64,000 nucleotides of DNA from Kiritimatiellia bacterium (GTDB taxonomy: Bacteria > Verrucomicrobiota > Kiritimatiellia > RFP12 > UBA1067), in contig JAZOQU010000039.1 of the NCBI GenBank assembly GCA_045656225.1, forward strand, positions 523 to 64,522, read 5' to 3'. The notes under the pieces are model-generated. The model saw nothing but the letters and a program-made list of their open reading frames with translations. It was not told where the DNA came from and did no database searches. Numbering within the stretch: position 1 is the stretch's first letter; the number at the start of each line of letters is the position of its first letter. Positions 44,470 through 54,596 of this stretch are shown here, piece after piece. The translations under genes and the position numbers were made by a program.

Positions 44470-44499
44470 TTGACGGCAGAATAATCAATTTGGTATAAT
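44470..44499 (+). promoter_or_regulatory. sigma70-type promoter with extended -10
   Basis: TTGACG, 18 nt spacer, TGgTATAAT, about 95 nt upstream of the ATG at 44597. Confidence 0.5.
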
Positions 44500-44596
44500 T
44501 ACAACAATCATTGTGAGCGTTTCATGATGGGACTTATGTAAAGTCAAGCCCGGGCTTTATGTAAGATAATACAGGGCGAAAAAAGGAAAATTAAAA

Positions 44597-44896
44597 ATGG
44601 GAGTTGCTTCTCTTGTTATGGGTATTCTCGCCCTCGTCGTTTGCTGGATTCCGTGCTTTGGCGCTTGGGCGCTTTTGTTCGCCATCCTCGGTATTATTTT
44701 CGGCGCTGTCGGTATCGTCAAGGCCAAGAAAACCAATAAGGGTAAGGGTCAGTCTATCGCCGGCTTGGTTTGCAGCATTATTGCCACTGTCGTTGTCGTT
44801 ATTTGGATTTTCGTTATCGCGGCTGCTGCGAATGAGGCTGCCAATATCAATGACGAAGAGCTTAAAGATGCTATGAAGGCTCTTCAGTCTCTCTAA
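44597..44896 (+). CDS. DUF4190-like small membrane protein
   Basis: 99 aa with two hydrophobic hairpin segments (GILALVVCWIPCFGAWALLFAILGIIFGAVGIVKAKK). Confidence 0.6.
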   Translation: MGVASLVMGILALVVCWIPCFGAWALLFAILGIIFGAVGIVKAKKTNKGKGQSIAGLVCSIIATVVVVIWIFVIAAAANEAANINDEELKDAMKALQSL

Positions 44897-44949
44897 TTCT
44901 ATAAAGAACTTAAGAGTCTTAAACATTCTTAAGGATATATAGAAAATAC

Positions 44950-45022
44950 AAGGTTGCTCAGGCAATGACGGTGAAACCTGTAAAGGTCAGCCGTAAAGCC
45001 GGGCAACCTTATTTTTTTTTTT
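44950..45022 (+). terminator. long-stem terminator (AAGGTTGC...GCAACCTT plus a run of 12 T)
   Basis: An 8-bp outer stem encloses about 45 nt of further structure, followed by ATTTTTTTTTTTT. Confidence 0.6.
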
Positions 45023-45036
45023 GACAGGGTTTTGTT

Positions 45037-45429
45037 TTGAATTTTGAACACCAGAATAAGAATGTGGCGGGTGAATATAAAGTATTCAATCGCATACTTC
45101 TTTTGGCGGCGATAGTATCAGGGGTGCTGATATATTGTTATCGTTTTTTTTCGAGCGATACATCCTGTCTGTCCAAACGCATTGCCGACAGGGAGTGCAT
45201 TCTTTGCGGATGCACGCGGGATTTTGTCGATATTCTGTCCGGGATTCCTCCGACGCGAAACCCGATCAGCCTATGGCTGTTTTATTTCATCTGCAGTGAA
45301 CTTGTTTTCCGGTTCATCCTTTCGTTTTTACGTTCTGCACGTAAGGTTATTGCGGTTGATGTGACAGTTCACGCTGTCATACTGGTGATTTTCATTTACT
45401 ACAATTTTAAAATCGTGTTCAGATTTTAG
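45037..45429 (+). CDS. DUF2752-like membrane protein
   Basis: CILCGCTRDF matches the CPxCGxTRA motif of DUF2752. TTG start, so the start position is uncertain. Confidence 0.55.
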   Translation: MNFEHQNKNVAGEYKVFNRILLLAAIVSGVLIYCYRFFSSDTSCLSKRIADRECILCGCTRDFVDILSGIPPTRNPISLWLFYFICSELVFRFILSFLRSARKVIAVDVTVHAVILVIFIYYNFKIVFRF

Positions 45430-45476
45430 TGTGCATCAATTAGAAAATTTTTGGATTATGGAAGGGGTGAAATTGA

Positions 45477-47885
45477 ATGAGTCATGATAAAGGATTGAAT
45501 GGAGGACTATGCCGCAGGTCGTTTATCGAGGCGATGGGGCTTTGCGCGGTGAGTGCTCTCGCGCATCGCTCTTTCGCTTATGTCGGGGGTAAATTCTGCG
45601 AGGCTGGCGAAGCGCTTCAGTCATTCGGTTCCGGCAAGCGTCCAAATGTTATTCTTGTCCTGTGCGACGATCTCGGATGGGGCGATATCGGATATTGGCA
45701 GAACAAGCGAAACGCCCAGAACAGGATTTCTACCCCAGGGCTCGATAAGATGATCCGTGACGGCGTCGTCTGTACGAACGCCTATACGACGGCTCCCGTC
45801 TGTGCGCCGGCGCGCGCGTCGATGGTTACGGGTAAGCATCAGGGCCACTGCAATCTTCGAGACAACATGTTCGATCGCCCGATCGCGACCGATCTTACGA
45901 TCGCCTCGGTGATGAAGGCCGCAGGATATTCGACCTGGCATATAGGTAAGTGGGGTATCGGCGGCGGATACGAAAGCAACGGCGAGAAGCGCGTCGCGAT
46001 GGCGTGTGACGCCGGGTTTGATTATTCCTACGGTTATCCCGGCCATTCCCACGGGCATTCTTTCTATCACTGGCAGCCTAAAAATGTCGATTGGCGCACC
46101 CACAGAGGCGAGTCGCCTGTTATAGAGAATGTTTCGGGCGAGGTGAAGTCTGACGAAAAACTTTTAAACCGTTATAAATCCCTTTCGACCGGGGCGTGCG
46201 ATTTTGAGCGCGACGAGGAAGGTTCGTACTACCGCAGGCTCATTGCGGACAGTGAAGTTAAATACTGCTACGATACAGATTTATTCGCCGCTAAAATCAA
46301 GCAGCTCGTAAAAACTCATCTTGAAGATGCGGAGGAGAAAAGGAAGCCGTTTTTCTGTTATGCCTGCTTTACGACGGTTCACGGTACAGGGAATTCGAGC
46401 GGCTTGAGTGAGGCGGCGGAAATGGATCTTTCGCGCGGCTTTACTCTGCATATTCCGCCGAGCGGAGCGGAGCCGTCTGGAGCTGACGGGAACGGCAAGG
46501 CGTATGGGACCGAAATCGATTATCCCGCGCTTGATAAGGCTGATGCAGAATGGGGAGGCGGACTTAAGTGGGAGAAGAATGCGAAAGGCCATCTTCCTTT
46601 TAAGGGTACGCGCACGACCGCCAATAAAGGCTACAATCCGAAGTACACAGATTTTAAAAAGTATCCCGCCTTTCAGGGGCGCTACGCGACCGCGGTTACG
46701 CGCCTCGACGCCGCTATAAACGACATCAGGAATTTCCTTGAAGTTAAGGGGCTTGATAAAAATACGCTCATTATTTTTACTTCCGACAACGGCCCCGCCG
46801 CTGAGCATCTCGGAAGATGGAGCCCGGAGACTATGGATTCCAACGGGCCATTCACGGGGATGAAGCGTTGGATTTACGAGGGCGGCTTAAGAGAGCCCGC
46901 AATAGCCGTGTGGCCCGGAACGATTCCTTGCGGCGGGGGAGATAATCCGCGAGGGTGTTCGAGACCTTTTCAGTTTCCCGCATGGATGGCGACGCTCGCG
47001 GATGTGGCGGGGCTTCCGCAGCCGGCTCATTGCGACGGCATTTCAATTTTACCGTTTCTTACAGGTCAACCGGAGCCAAATCCCTGTCTGGAATCGGCGC
47101 GCATATACGCTGAGTATGTGGACGGAGGTTCGGGACAGGGCTTCGGGTTTGAGCAGATGGTGCGAGACGGCGATTTTGTTCTTTTGCGCAACAGCGGCAG
47201 GAAGAACGGGGTCGAGCTTTATAATGTCGTAAAAGATCCCGCCCAGCGCGTCAATCTCGCGAATGACGGCGCGTACACCGAGCGTGTGAAGATTATGACG
47301 GATATGTTCGCTCAATCGCGCATTCCATGCTCTAAGGTAGGCGACTCATTCGGCGCTAAGGGTTACGCCAACAATACGCCGGGGCGTATAGAGGCGGATA
47401 CGCTCGCGATTCCGAAAGCGACCGTCTTGCAAAGAATTCCTGCACTGAACAGCATGTCGCGAGAATTGTCGTATATTGTTCAATTTTTCGAAAAAGGAGC
47501 CGAGGACTGGCCTTGGGTCCCGAACTTCCGTACGATGAAGGCCGACGGCGGGACGTTTCTGCTGAATCTCAAGGATATGAAGGCGATGCTCAAGACCCGT
47601 AAGGGAGCCTTCGGCGCCGCGATTGACGGATTTATAGAAGTGCCCGAAACGGGTGATGTAACATTCACCGCCAAGGGCGCGGGCGGATGTCAGCTTTGGC
47701 TTCACGAGGCGCATGTTTTCGAGTACGAGAAAGGCGATCTGATCGACGGCAGGTCGATAACGCTGAAACTTGAAAATGGAGTGCATCCGTTCAGGCTGTA
47801 TCTCACGACCGACGACGGGTGTGAAGGACTCTGCCGTATCAGAATCGCACATCCGGTTTTGCGCACAGAGATTGTGAGCTTATAG
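45477..47885 (+). CDS. sulfatase (formylglycine-dependent) with a C-terminal PA14-like domain
   Basis: Signal CRRSFIEAMGLCAVSALAHRSFA. VILVLCDDLGWGDIGY and the CAPARASMVTGKH (C-x-P-x-R) motifs. Confidence 0.88.
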   Translation: MSHDKGLNGGLCRRSFIEAMGLCAVSALAHRSFAYVGGKFCEAGEALQSFGSGKRPNVILVLCDDLGWGDIGYWQNKRNAQNRISTPGLDKMIRDGVVCTNAYTTAPVCAPARASMVTGKHQGHCNLRDNMFDRPIATDLTIASVMKAAGYSTWHIGKWGIGGGYESNGEKRVAMACDAGFDYSYGYPGHSHGHSFYHWQPKNVDWRTHRGESPVIENVSGEVKSDEKLLNRYKSLSTGACDFERDEEGSYYRRLIADSEVKYCYDTDLFAAKIKQLVKTHLEDAEEKRKPFFCYACFTTVHGTGNSSGLSEAAEMDLSRGFTLHIPPSGAEPSGADGNGKAYGTEIDYPALDKADAEWGGGLKWEKNAKGHLPFKGTRTTANKGYNPKYTDFKKYPAFQGRYATAVTRLDAAINDIRNFLEVKGLDKNTLIIFTSDNGPAAEHLGRWSPETMDSNGPFTGMKRWIYEGGLREPAIAVWPGTIPCGGGDNPRGCSRPFQFPAWMATLADVAGLPQPAHCDGISILPFLTGQPEPNPCLESARIYAEYVDGGSGQGFGFEQMVRDGDFVLLRNSGRKNGVELYNVVKDPAQRVNLANDGAYTERVKIMTDMFAQSRIPCSKVGDSFGAKGYANNTPGRIEADTLAIPKATVLQRIPALNSMSRELSYIVQFFEKGAEDWPWVPNFRTMKADGGTFLLNLKDMKAMLKTRKGAFGAAIDGFIEVPETGDVTFTAKGAGGCQLWLHEAHVFEYEKGDLIDGRSITLKLENGVHPFRLYLTTDDGCEGLCRIRIAHPVLRTEIVSL

Positions 47886-47968
47886 TCTATCGATTTGCAC
47901 TGACGCAATCGGCTCTGTTTTTTCGGTGTTTTATGTTATAATATAATAAAAAATTTTTAGCATAAAGG

Positions 47969-48772
47969 ATGATTCGAATGGTTAATGATAAGGTTGCCGC
48001 ATATTTATCGCGCATCGGCGCCGATGAGCTTGCCGGGGTTTCGGCGGATAATCTCGCCTCTCTTCAGAAGGCGCACATAATGTCTGTCCCGTACGAGAAT
48101 TATGACATTTGGAGCGATGCTTCTTCATCTCTTGCCTATGATGTACTTTTCGACAAAATCGTCACTCGCCGCCGCGGCGGTTACTGTTTTGAACTTAACG
48201 GTCTTTTCGGCTGGCTGCTCAGAGAGCTTGGTTACGAGGTCGAGGAATATTTCGGCAGGTGGCTTAAGGATGAGCCACTCAAGGTGCCCGCACGACGCCA
48301 TCGCATTCTGAAAGTCAAGGTTGACGGCAAGGATTTTATCGCCGATGTCGGCGTCGGTCAACGGACGTTTTTAACGCCGCTTGAATTTGTTTATGACAAG
48401 GTTCAGAATCGTGAAGATGTCGATTACCGCATTGTGAAGAATGAACGTGATGAATCTGTCGTCGAATGTATGTCCGACGGGAAATGGGTGCAGGTTTATT
48501 CGTTTGATTCTGCGCCTCAATCGCCTATCGACTTTACCTATGTTCATTATTTCTGTTCCAAAGAGCCGTCGTCGGTGTTCAGGAAGAATCTCTTTGTTCA
48601 TCTTCCCGTTTCCGGCGGACGCAAATCGATCGCAACGGTTCCAGATCCCGAAACAGGCTTTATGACGGAGAAGCTGTCGATTTCCGCGGGAGACAAGTCT
48701 GAGATCAAATTCCTGAGAACGGAAAAAGACCTTAAAGAGGCTCTGTCGGTTCATTTTGGTCTGATTGTCTGA
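47969..48772 (+). CDS. arylamine N-acetyltransferase family protein
   Basis: YLSRIG...LQKAHIMSVPYENYDIW...RRGGYCFELNGLFGWLL, which includes the catalytic Cys context. Confidence 0.85.
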   Translation: MIRMVNDKVAAYLSRIGADELAGVSADNLASLQKAHIMSVPYENYDIWSDASSSLAYDVLFDKIVTRRRGGYCFELNGLFGWLLRELGYEVEEYFGRWLKDEPLKVPARRHRILKVKVDGKDFIADVGVGQRTFLTPLEFVYDKVQNREDVDYRIVKNERDESVVECMSDGKWVQVYSFDSAPQSPIDFTYVHYFCSKEPSSVFRKNLFVHLPVSGGRKSIATVPDPETGFMTEKLSISAGDKSEIKFLRTEKDLKEALSVHFGLIV

Positions 48773-48816
48773 ATTGCGTATAAATCCGCACATGAAAATC
48801 TCAAAAGGGAAACACC

Positions 48817-49821
48817 ATGGAAACGAATTCTAATATCAAAGATCGCGCCTGGCATTTGCTTTGGAAGAGAAAGTGGCTTTGGAAAACTCTTGGTGTGACG
48901 CTTTTGCTGACGTCCGCCGCGCAGGCGATTATGCTTGTCTTTCGCCTGATTACGGCGGCTTTTGACTGTCCTTCCGTCCATTCTCTTCAGGTGAATTTGG
49001 CGGAAGGTGAATCCCTTCTGCAGCTTTCAGGCGAAACGATCCTGGCTATGATCCCCTTGTTTCTGATGGAGATGTTCCTGGGGTTCATAGTTTCGGGAAT
49101 CGTCTCATACGGCTGCGGCGTGATTTCCAATGCGGCGGCGGATGACAGGGCCCACGGATGGATGGGGGCGTCGTTTGCCGGATTTAAGGATCCGTTGGGG
49201 CTGGCATGTCTTTCGTTCCGCATCTGGCTTATTTTTGTAGGTTGGAGCATTTTAGCGCTCATCCCCGCATCCTGCATAATGTATTTTGCTTTGCCGTTTC
49301 TCAGGAATCTTTCTTTGCGCTTCAGCGGTGCGGATCTTGCCGTGTTCACTCTTTTGTTTACGCTTGCGGCGTCTGTTTTCATAGCCGTTGTCTGTCTGCC
49401 GTTTTACAGATATCGTTATCTGTTCAGAATCAAAGCCGACAATCCCGGCTGGACCGCAGGCGAATGCCTAAAGCGCGCATCCTTCCTGTCCGACGGATTC
49501 AAGTGGCGAATGTTCGTGCTGGACTGCACGTATTGGCGGATAATGCTGCTCCCCCTCGCTCTTTTTGCGGCGCTCGCCGGCGTGGCGTTCTGGATATTTT
49601 CATATGCCTTAGATCCGGCTCCTCAATTATTTGGTGGCGCTGAGGCGTTAACTCCGTATGAATATGCGGGCGGAATGTTTTGTGTCCTTTTATTGTTCAT
49701 GGTTTTGTTTGCCGCGTGTGTTGTAACCCAGGTTATTGTGTTTGCCTATAATGGAATCGGACAGTCTCTTCTGTACCGTCAAATCTCCGCGCGGAAGGAC
49801 TCTGACGATCAGCAAGGTTGA
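48817..49821 (+). CDS. polytopic membrane protein (DUF975-like)
   Basis: 334 aa with multiple TM helices. The N-terminal IKDRAWHLLWKRKWLWK pattern resembles DUF975. Confidence 0.5.
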   Translation: METNSNIKDRAWHLLWKRKWLWKTLGVTLLLTSAAQAIMLVFRLITAAFDCPSVHSLQVNLAEGESLLQLSGETILAMIPLFLMEMFLGFIVSGIVSYGCGVISNAAADDRAHGWMGASFAGFKDPLGLACLSFRIWLIFVGWSILALIPASCIMYFALPFLRNLSLRFSGADLAVFTLLFTLAASVFIAVVCLPFYRYRYLFRIKADNPGWTAGECLKRASFLSDGFKWRMFVLDCTYWRIMLLPLALFAALAGVAFWIFSYALDPAPQLFGGAEALTPYEYAGGMFCVLLLFMVLFAACVVTQVIVFAYNGIGQSLLYRQISARKDSDDQQG

Positions 49822-49909
49822 AAACGCATCCGCAATCGTGTAGAATATCAGATGTTTTATCAAGAGTAAAATATGATCAGTTGAGAAACATAAAATCAAG
49901 GTGGATAAA

Positions 49910-50803
49910 ATGAAAATCGCAAAAGTAAACGGATATGAAGTCAATAAACAGGCTGTAGGCTTTGAACTTGACCGTCTCGTCAGATTTTACATGTCTCACG
50001 GAATGTCAATGCAGGAGATCAAGGAAAACCTTCCCAGACTTCAGGAGAAGGCTCTCGATCAGGCTATCGGCGCGAGACTGCTCCTTGAGCGCTCCCAGCA
50101 GCTGGATGTTCCCGTCACCGCCGCCGACATTGATGCTGAAATCGCCAAGGTTGTCGGGCAGGTGGGCGGCGATGAGAACTTCAAAAAGGCGCTCGCCGCG
50201 CAGAATATTTCAGAGGATGATTTCCGCAAGGAGATTGAAAAGGGGGCTCGCGTCAATAAGCTCGTCGAACAGGCCTGTACCGGGGTCGAGGAGCCGACCG
50301 AGCAGGAGGTTTCCGGTTTTTACGAGGCTCACAAGAGCGAGTATGTGACCGAACCGAAGGTTCTTTGCCAGCATATTCTCGTCAAGGTGGAAGACAATTC
50401 AACCTCTGACGAGAAGGCCGCCGCGTTCGAGAAGATTCTCGCAATTAAAGATCGTATCGCCGCCGGCGGCAATTTCGCCGAAGAGGCCGAGAAGAATTCC
50501 GATTGTCCGTCCGGCCGCGAGGGGGGCTCGCTCGGCTGGTTCGGACCCGGCATGATGGTCCCCGAATTCGACAAGGTCGCCTTTGAGATGAAGAAGGGCG
50601 AGGTTTCCGGCGTCGTTACAACCCAGTTCGGCTATCATATCATCTACAAGGCCGATGAACAGCCCGGCGGTCAGCAGACATTGGTTGATGTTCATGATCA
50701 GATTAAGGACCTTCTCCGTCATGAATCGCGCGGCAAGGCGGTTGACGCTTTTGTCGCGGAACTTCGCGAGAAGGCCGAGATCGAGTTTATGGAAGTTGAG
50801 TAG
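49910..50803 (+). CDS. peptidylprolyl isomerase, parvulin (PpiC/SurA-like)
   Basis: CQHILVKV...A.KNSDCPSGREGGSLGWFGPGMMVPEFDKVAF....GEVSGVVTTQFGYHIIYK. Confidence 0.88.
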   Translation: MKIAKVNGYEVNKQAVGFELDRLVRFYMSHGMSMQEIKENLPRLQEKALDQAIGARLLLERSQQLDVPVTAADIDAEIAKVVGQVGGDENFKKALAAQNISEDDFRKEIEKGARVNKLVEQACTGVEEPTEQEVSGFYEAHKSEYVTEPKVLCQHILVKVEDNSTSDEKAAAFEKILAIKDRIAAGGNFAEEAEKNSDCPSGREGGSLGWFGPGMMVPEFDKVAFEMKKGEVSGVVTTQFGYHIIYKADEQPGGQQTLVDVHDQIKDLLRHESRGKAVDAFVAELREKAEIEFMEVE

Positions 50804-50812
50804 TTTAACGTT

Positions 50813-51670
50813 ATGGAGATAACAAGTCCCAGTAATCCGAAGCTTAAGTATGTCGTAAAGTTGAGGACGTGTTCGACGCGCGAAGAGTCCGGCGAGATGA
50901 TCGTCGAAGGCTTTCGCGAGTGCCGGCGCGCCCTCGACAACGGCTATCGTCCCCGCGCGATTTTTCACTGCCCCGACTTTTATCTTAAAAACGAGAATGA
51001 GCCGGCGATCGTCGAGGAATGCCGCGCTAAGGGGGCTGAGGTTTTTACCTGCTCTAAACAATGCTTTGCCAAGATCGCTTATAAGGAACGGCCTGACGGG
51101 CTGCTGATGGTCGGTCCTCATGTTACGGTTAAGCTTTCGGACTTGAAACTTCCCGAAAACGCGCTTGTGATCGTAACAGAAGCGATAGAAAAGCCCGGCA
51201 ACCTCGGTACCATCCTCCGCTCCGCCGACGCGGCCAGGGTCGCTGCGGTCATCGTCTGCAACCGTACCACCGACATCCACAATCCCAACGTTGTCCGCGC
51301 CTCTACCGGAACGATGTTCTCCGTTCCCATCGCCGAGGCTACGAGCGATGAGGCGCTTGAATTTCTCAAATCGCGCGGTTTTAAGATTCTCGCCGCGACT
51401 CCTCATGCCGAGAAACTTCATTTTGAAGTCGATCTGACGGGCAATGTCGCCATCGCGCTCGGAGCGGAGCAGTATGGCCTTACTGCCAAGTGGATGGACG
51501 GTGCGGAGCTTCGTGTCAGAATTCCGATGCTGGGGCTTGCCGATTCTCTCAATGTTTCCGCCGCGGCTACGATTCTTGTTTACGAGGCTGTGCGGCAGCG
51601 CATCGCCGCCGGAGTGGAGAGCGTCCCCGCGTTCGAGCCGTGGCACGGCGAAGGTATGAAGGATCATTAA
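50813..51670 (+). CDS. TrmH/SpoU-family RNA 2'-O-methyltransferase
   Basis: IEKPGNLGTILRSADAA, NPNVVRASTGTMF and IPMLGLADSLNVSAAATILVYE motifs. Confidence 0.88.
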   Translation: MEITSPSNPKLKYVVKLRTCSTREESGEMIVEGFRECRRALDNGYRPRAIFHCPDFYLKNENEPAIVEECRAKGAEVFTCSKQCFAKIAYKERPDGLLMVGPHVTVKLSDLKLPENALVIVTEAIEKPGNLGTILRSADAARVAAVIVCNRTTDIHNPNVVRASTGTMFSVPIAEATSDEALEFLKSRGFKILAATPHAEKLHFEVDLTGNVAIALGAEQYGLTAKWMDGAELRVRIPMLGLADSLNVSAAATILVYEAVRQRIAAGVESVPAFEPWHGEGMKDH

Positions 51671-51674
51671 GAGT

Positions 51675-52700
51675 ATGCTTTTCGATTTGGACAAGTATTT
51701 TGCGTATTCTTATGTGCTTTCAGCGGTTCTTCTCGTTCCCGTGATTCTGTTTTTCTGCGCGTTTCTCATCGCACGGCGGCAGAAAGCGCTTTTGAAACTG
51801 ACAACGGGTGTTCCAAATTCATTTTTGCAGCGAATCCAGCTGCCTTTGATGGGAATAGGCCTTTGTCTCGCTCTTTTTGCCGCTGCGCGTCCCCGTTGGG
51901 GCAAGTCAACGGAAAAAATACCGGCGACCAACCGTAATATTGTCGTCGCAATCGATGTTTCCCGTTCCATGCTTGCGCGTGACGTGCGGCCTGACAGACT
52001 GGAGCGGGCCAAGGCGGACGTGGCCGATCTCATCGATTCTCTCGAGGGCGACAGGTGCGCGCTTGTGGCATTCAGGCGCACCGGTGTCGCACTTTGTCCG
52101 CTTACGGCAGATCAGGGATTTTTAAGAAGCGCGCTCGAAGCTATTTCAATAGATTCAGCTCCGAAGGGCGAAACCGATCTCGGCAGCGCGATCCGCGAGT
52201 CCCTTCAGGTGATTTCACAGATTGACGGCAAGGACGGCGGAAAAGCCGACCGCAGCGCGATCATTCTCATTTCAGACGGCGGCGATCTTAGGGGTGATGC
52301 CGTGAAGGAGGCCGGAAGATCCAAGGAGCGCGGCGTTCCGATTTTCACGGTGGGTATAGGCGATCCCGACAGGGCTTCGGTGCTGCCCGCCGAGAACGGC
52401 GGCATTATGAAGTTTAAGGGAACGAACGTGACCGTGAAACTCGAAGAAGACGCTCTTAAGAAGATTGCGGAGGTTTCGGGCGGACGTTATGTGCCGTTGG
52501 CGACTGCCGGCATGGCCGAGACCACTCTCGGATCGATTTACAGAAGTTTTCTCCGTCAGGTCGCGATTGACGAGCAGAACAAGGATGAATCAAGACTTGA
52601 GGAGCAGTATTTCCAGTTTTTGGTTTCTGCCTTGTTTTTTTTGATTGCAGCGTTTGCGCTGTCTAAAGGCAGGCTTAACAACAGAAGAAATAAATTATGA
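51675..52700 (+). CDS. VWA domain membrane protein (BatA-like)
   Basis: N-terminal TM helices. NIVVAIDVSRSMLARDVRPDRLERAK (MIDAS DxSxS). C-terminal TM helix. Confidence 0.8.
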   Translation: MLFDLDKYFAYSYVLSAVLLVPVILFFCAFLIARRQKALLKLTTGVPNSFLQRIQLPLMGIGLCLALFAAARPRWGKSTEKIPATNRNIVVAIDVSRSMLARDVRPDRLERAKADVADLIDSLEGDRCALVAFRRTGVALCPLTADQGFLRSALEAISIDSAPKGETDLGSAIRESLQVISQIDGKDGGKADRSAIILISDGGDLRGDAVKEAGRSKERGVPIFTVGIGDPDRASVLPAENGGIMKFKGTNVTVKLEEDALKKIAEVSGGRYVPLATAGMAETTLGSIYRSFLRQVAIDEQNKDESRLEEQYFQFLVSALFFLIAAFALSKGRLNNRRNKL

Positions 52701-53626
52701 GAAAAGTATTTATAATGTTCGCATTGTTGCCGATGTTTGTTTTTGGCGCCGGTAATACGTTTAAAATAATGAGCTACAATATCCGCCACGGTGCAACTTC
52801 GGACAAGGGGTTCGATCTGACCCGGTGCGCCTCGGTTATGGCGGCTGAGAATCCGCGCTTTATAGCTCTTCAGGAAGTTGACATGTTCACATCCCGCGTG
52901 GCAAATACGAATACCTGTGAAGTGTTGGCGGACCTGGTAGGTGAAAAGATCAATGCGCCTGTCCGCTGGACGTTTGCCAAGGCCATCAAATACGGCGGCG
53001 GCGATTATGGAGTAGCTCTTTTATCAAAAGAGAAGCCGCTTAGAGTTGATCAAATCGGGCTGGGCGGAAACGAATCCCGGGTTTTGCTGATGTGCGAATT
53101 TGACGATTGCTGGATTGGCGTTGCCCATTTGCCTCTCGGCTTCATCGCTTCAAAGCACATGAACCTTACTCCTCATAAGCCTTCGGTCGCGTTGGATGAT
53201 TCAGACGGCGCGATCGCCTCCGAAAATATCGCGTTGGCCGAGAAAAAAGCCGCGTTGGCCCGTGAATTCAACCGTGCGGCCTATGATTATATGGCTGATG
53301 TCATAAAAATCGAGGTTCTCGCCCGCGCCAAAACCAAGCCTGTTTTTGTAACAGGAGACTGGAACGCTCTTCCTGATTCGCGGCTTTTGACAAACTTCAG
53401 GCGCTTTATGACGGTTATTACGCCTGAGGATGTTCCGACATTTCATGGCGTTATCACCGAGTTGCCGTTTACGGGCAAAGGCAAATGCATCGACTACATA
53501 GCGATCGATTCGGCGCACAAAAACATGTGCGATGTCATCACCTCGCGCGTTGTTGAAGAGCGTCTTGTGTCGGATCACGCGCCGGTTGTCGCTGAGGTGT
53601 CGATGAAAGACAGCCCTCTAAAATAA
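52697..53626 (+). CDS. endonuclease/exonuclease/phosphatase (EEP) family protein, secreted
   Basis: Signal peptide present. FKIMSYNIRHG, ALQEVD and SDHAPV motifs. Confidence 0.8.
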   Translation: MRKVFIMFALLPMFVFGAGNTFKIMSYNIRHGATSDKGFDLTRCASVMAAENPRFIALQEVDMFTSRVANTNTCEVLADLVGEKINAPVRWTFAKAIKYGGGDYGVALLSKEKPLRVDQIGLGGNESRVLLMCEFDDCWIGVAHLPLGFIASKHMNLTPHKPSVALDDSDGAIASENIALAEKKAALAREFNRAAYDYMADVIKIEVLARAKTKPVFVTGDWNALPDSRLLTNFRRFMTVITPEDVPTFHGVITELPFTGKGKCIDYIAIDSAHKNMCDVITSRVVEERLVSDHAPVVAEVSMKDSPLK

Positions 53627-53662
53627 GTTTTGACACCATATTAGAACAAGGAGAAACCAAAC

Positions 53663-54592
53663 ATGAAAAAATTACTGTCAATCATTGCGTTTGCCGCTCT
53701 CGCCGGATGCACATCCTTTAAGTATGATTGCAAGACCGAAGATTCGTTTAATATAGCCTCTTTCAATATCAGATGTCCAACCGATAAAGGTGACAATCAT
53801 TGGACGGTGCGCATCCCCAGAATGGTTGATGTCATAGAGAAATACGATTTTGATATTTTCGGGGTCCAGGAGGCCGTTAAGATGGTGACGGATAAGCTTC
53901 AATCCGAACTTAAGGGGTATCGTCGCATAGGCTGCGGGCGCGAGTTGGCGTGCGACGGCGAGTGCAATTATATTTTTTACAAGGAGGAACGCTTTGAGTG
54001 CATAGATTACGGTACTTTCTGGCTTTCTAATGCGCCGCTCGTTTCGGGAAGCCGTTACAAGGGCGCCGGGTGTCCCAGAACCTGCACCTGGGGCCGCTTT
54101 AAGGATTTGAAGACGGGTAGGGTGTTCGCTTACTATAATACTCATCTTGATCATGTTTCGTCCAAGGCCCGTCTTGACGGCGCCAGGGTGCTGTATGATA
54201 ACGGTCTTAAGGATGCGCTTGCGCGGGGTGAGACGGTCTTTCTTACGGGAGATATGAATGAGACGCTGTCTACGGTTGCAGATGCGAAAAGTATAGCCGC
54301 CGTTAATGGCCCCCGCTTGGCAAAAGCCTCTAAGAAGGGCAATACTCCGGATGTTAATCCGATTGCGTTCTTTGAGTCTATTCTCAAGGATTCCTATGCG
54401 ACGACCGAGACCCCGCATAAAGGTACGAGCGAGACTTTTCACGGGTTTAAGCCGGTCAACAAATGCCGTATCGATTATGTCTACGTCTCAGACAACGTAA
54501 GGGTTTTGTCTCATTTGACGGCTAATGACAGACCTGCGGGCAAGTATCCGAGTGATCATGACGCTGTAGTGGCGGTAGTTGAAATCCGTTAA
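53663..54592 (+). CDS. EEP family lipoprotein
   Basis: Lipobox LAGC. FNIASFNIR, GVQEA and PSDHDAV motifs. Confidence 0.8.
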   Translation: MKKLLSIIAFAALAGCTSFKYDCKTEDSFNIASFNIRCPTDKGDNHWTVRIPRMVDVIEKYDFDIFGVQEAVKMVTDKLQSELKGYRRIGCGRELACDGECNYIFYKEERFECIDYGTFWLSNAPLVSGSRYKGAGCPRTCTWGRFKDLKTGRVFAYYNTHLDHVSSKARLDGARVLYDNGLKDALARGETVFLTGDMNETLSTVADAKSIAAVNGPRLAKASKKGNTPDVNPIAFFESILKDSYATTETPHKGTSETFHGFKPVNKCRIDYVYVSDNVRVLSHLTANDRPAGKYPSDHDAVVAVVEIR

Positions 54593-54596
54593 GATT

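Noticed and set aside
44950-45022. Possible riboswitch or small RNA in the 45-nt interior of the long terminator stem between the DUF4190 and DUF2752 genes.
   Set aside because: I could not match it to any riboswitch consensus I know. It is adequately explained as an extended terminator hairpin followed by a run of 12 T.
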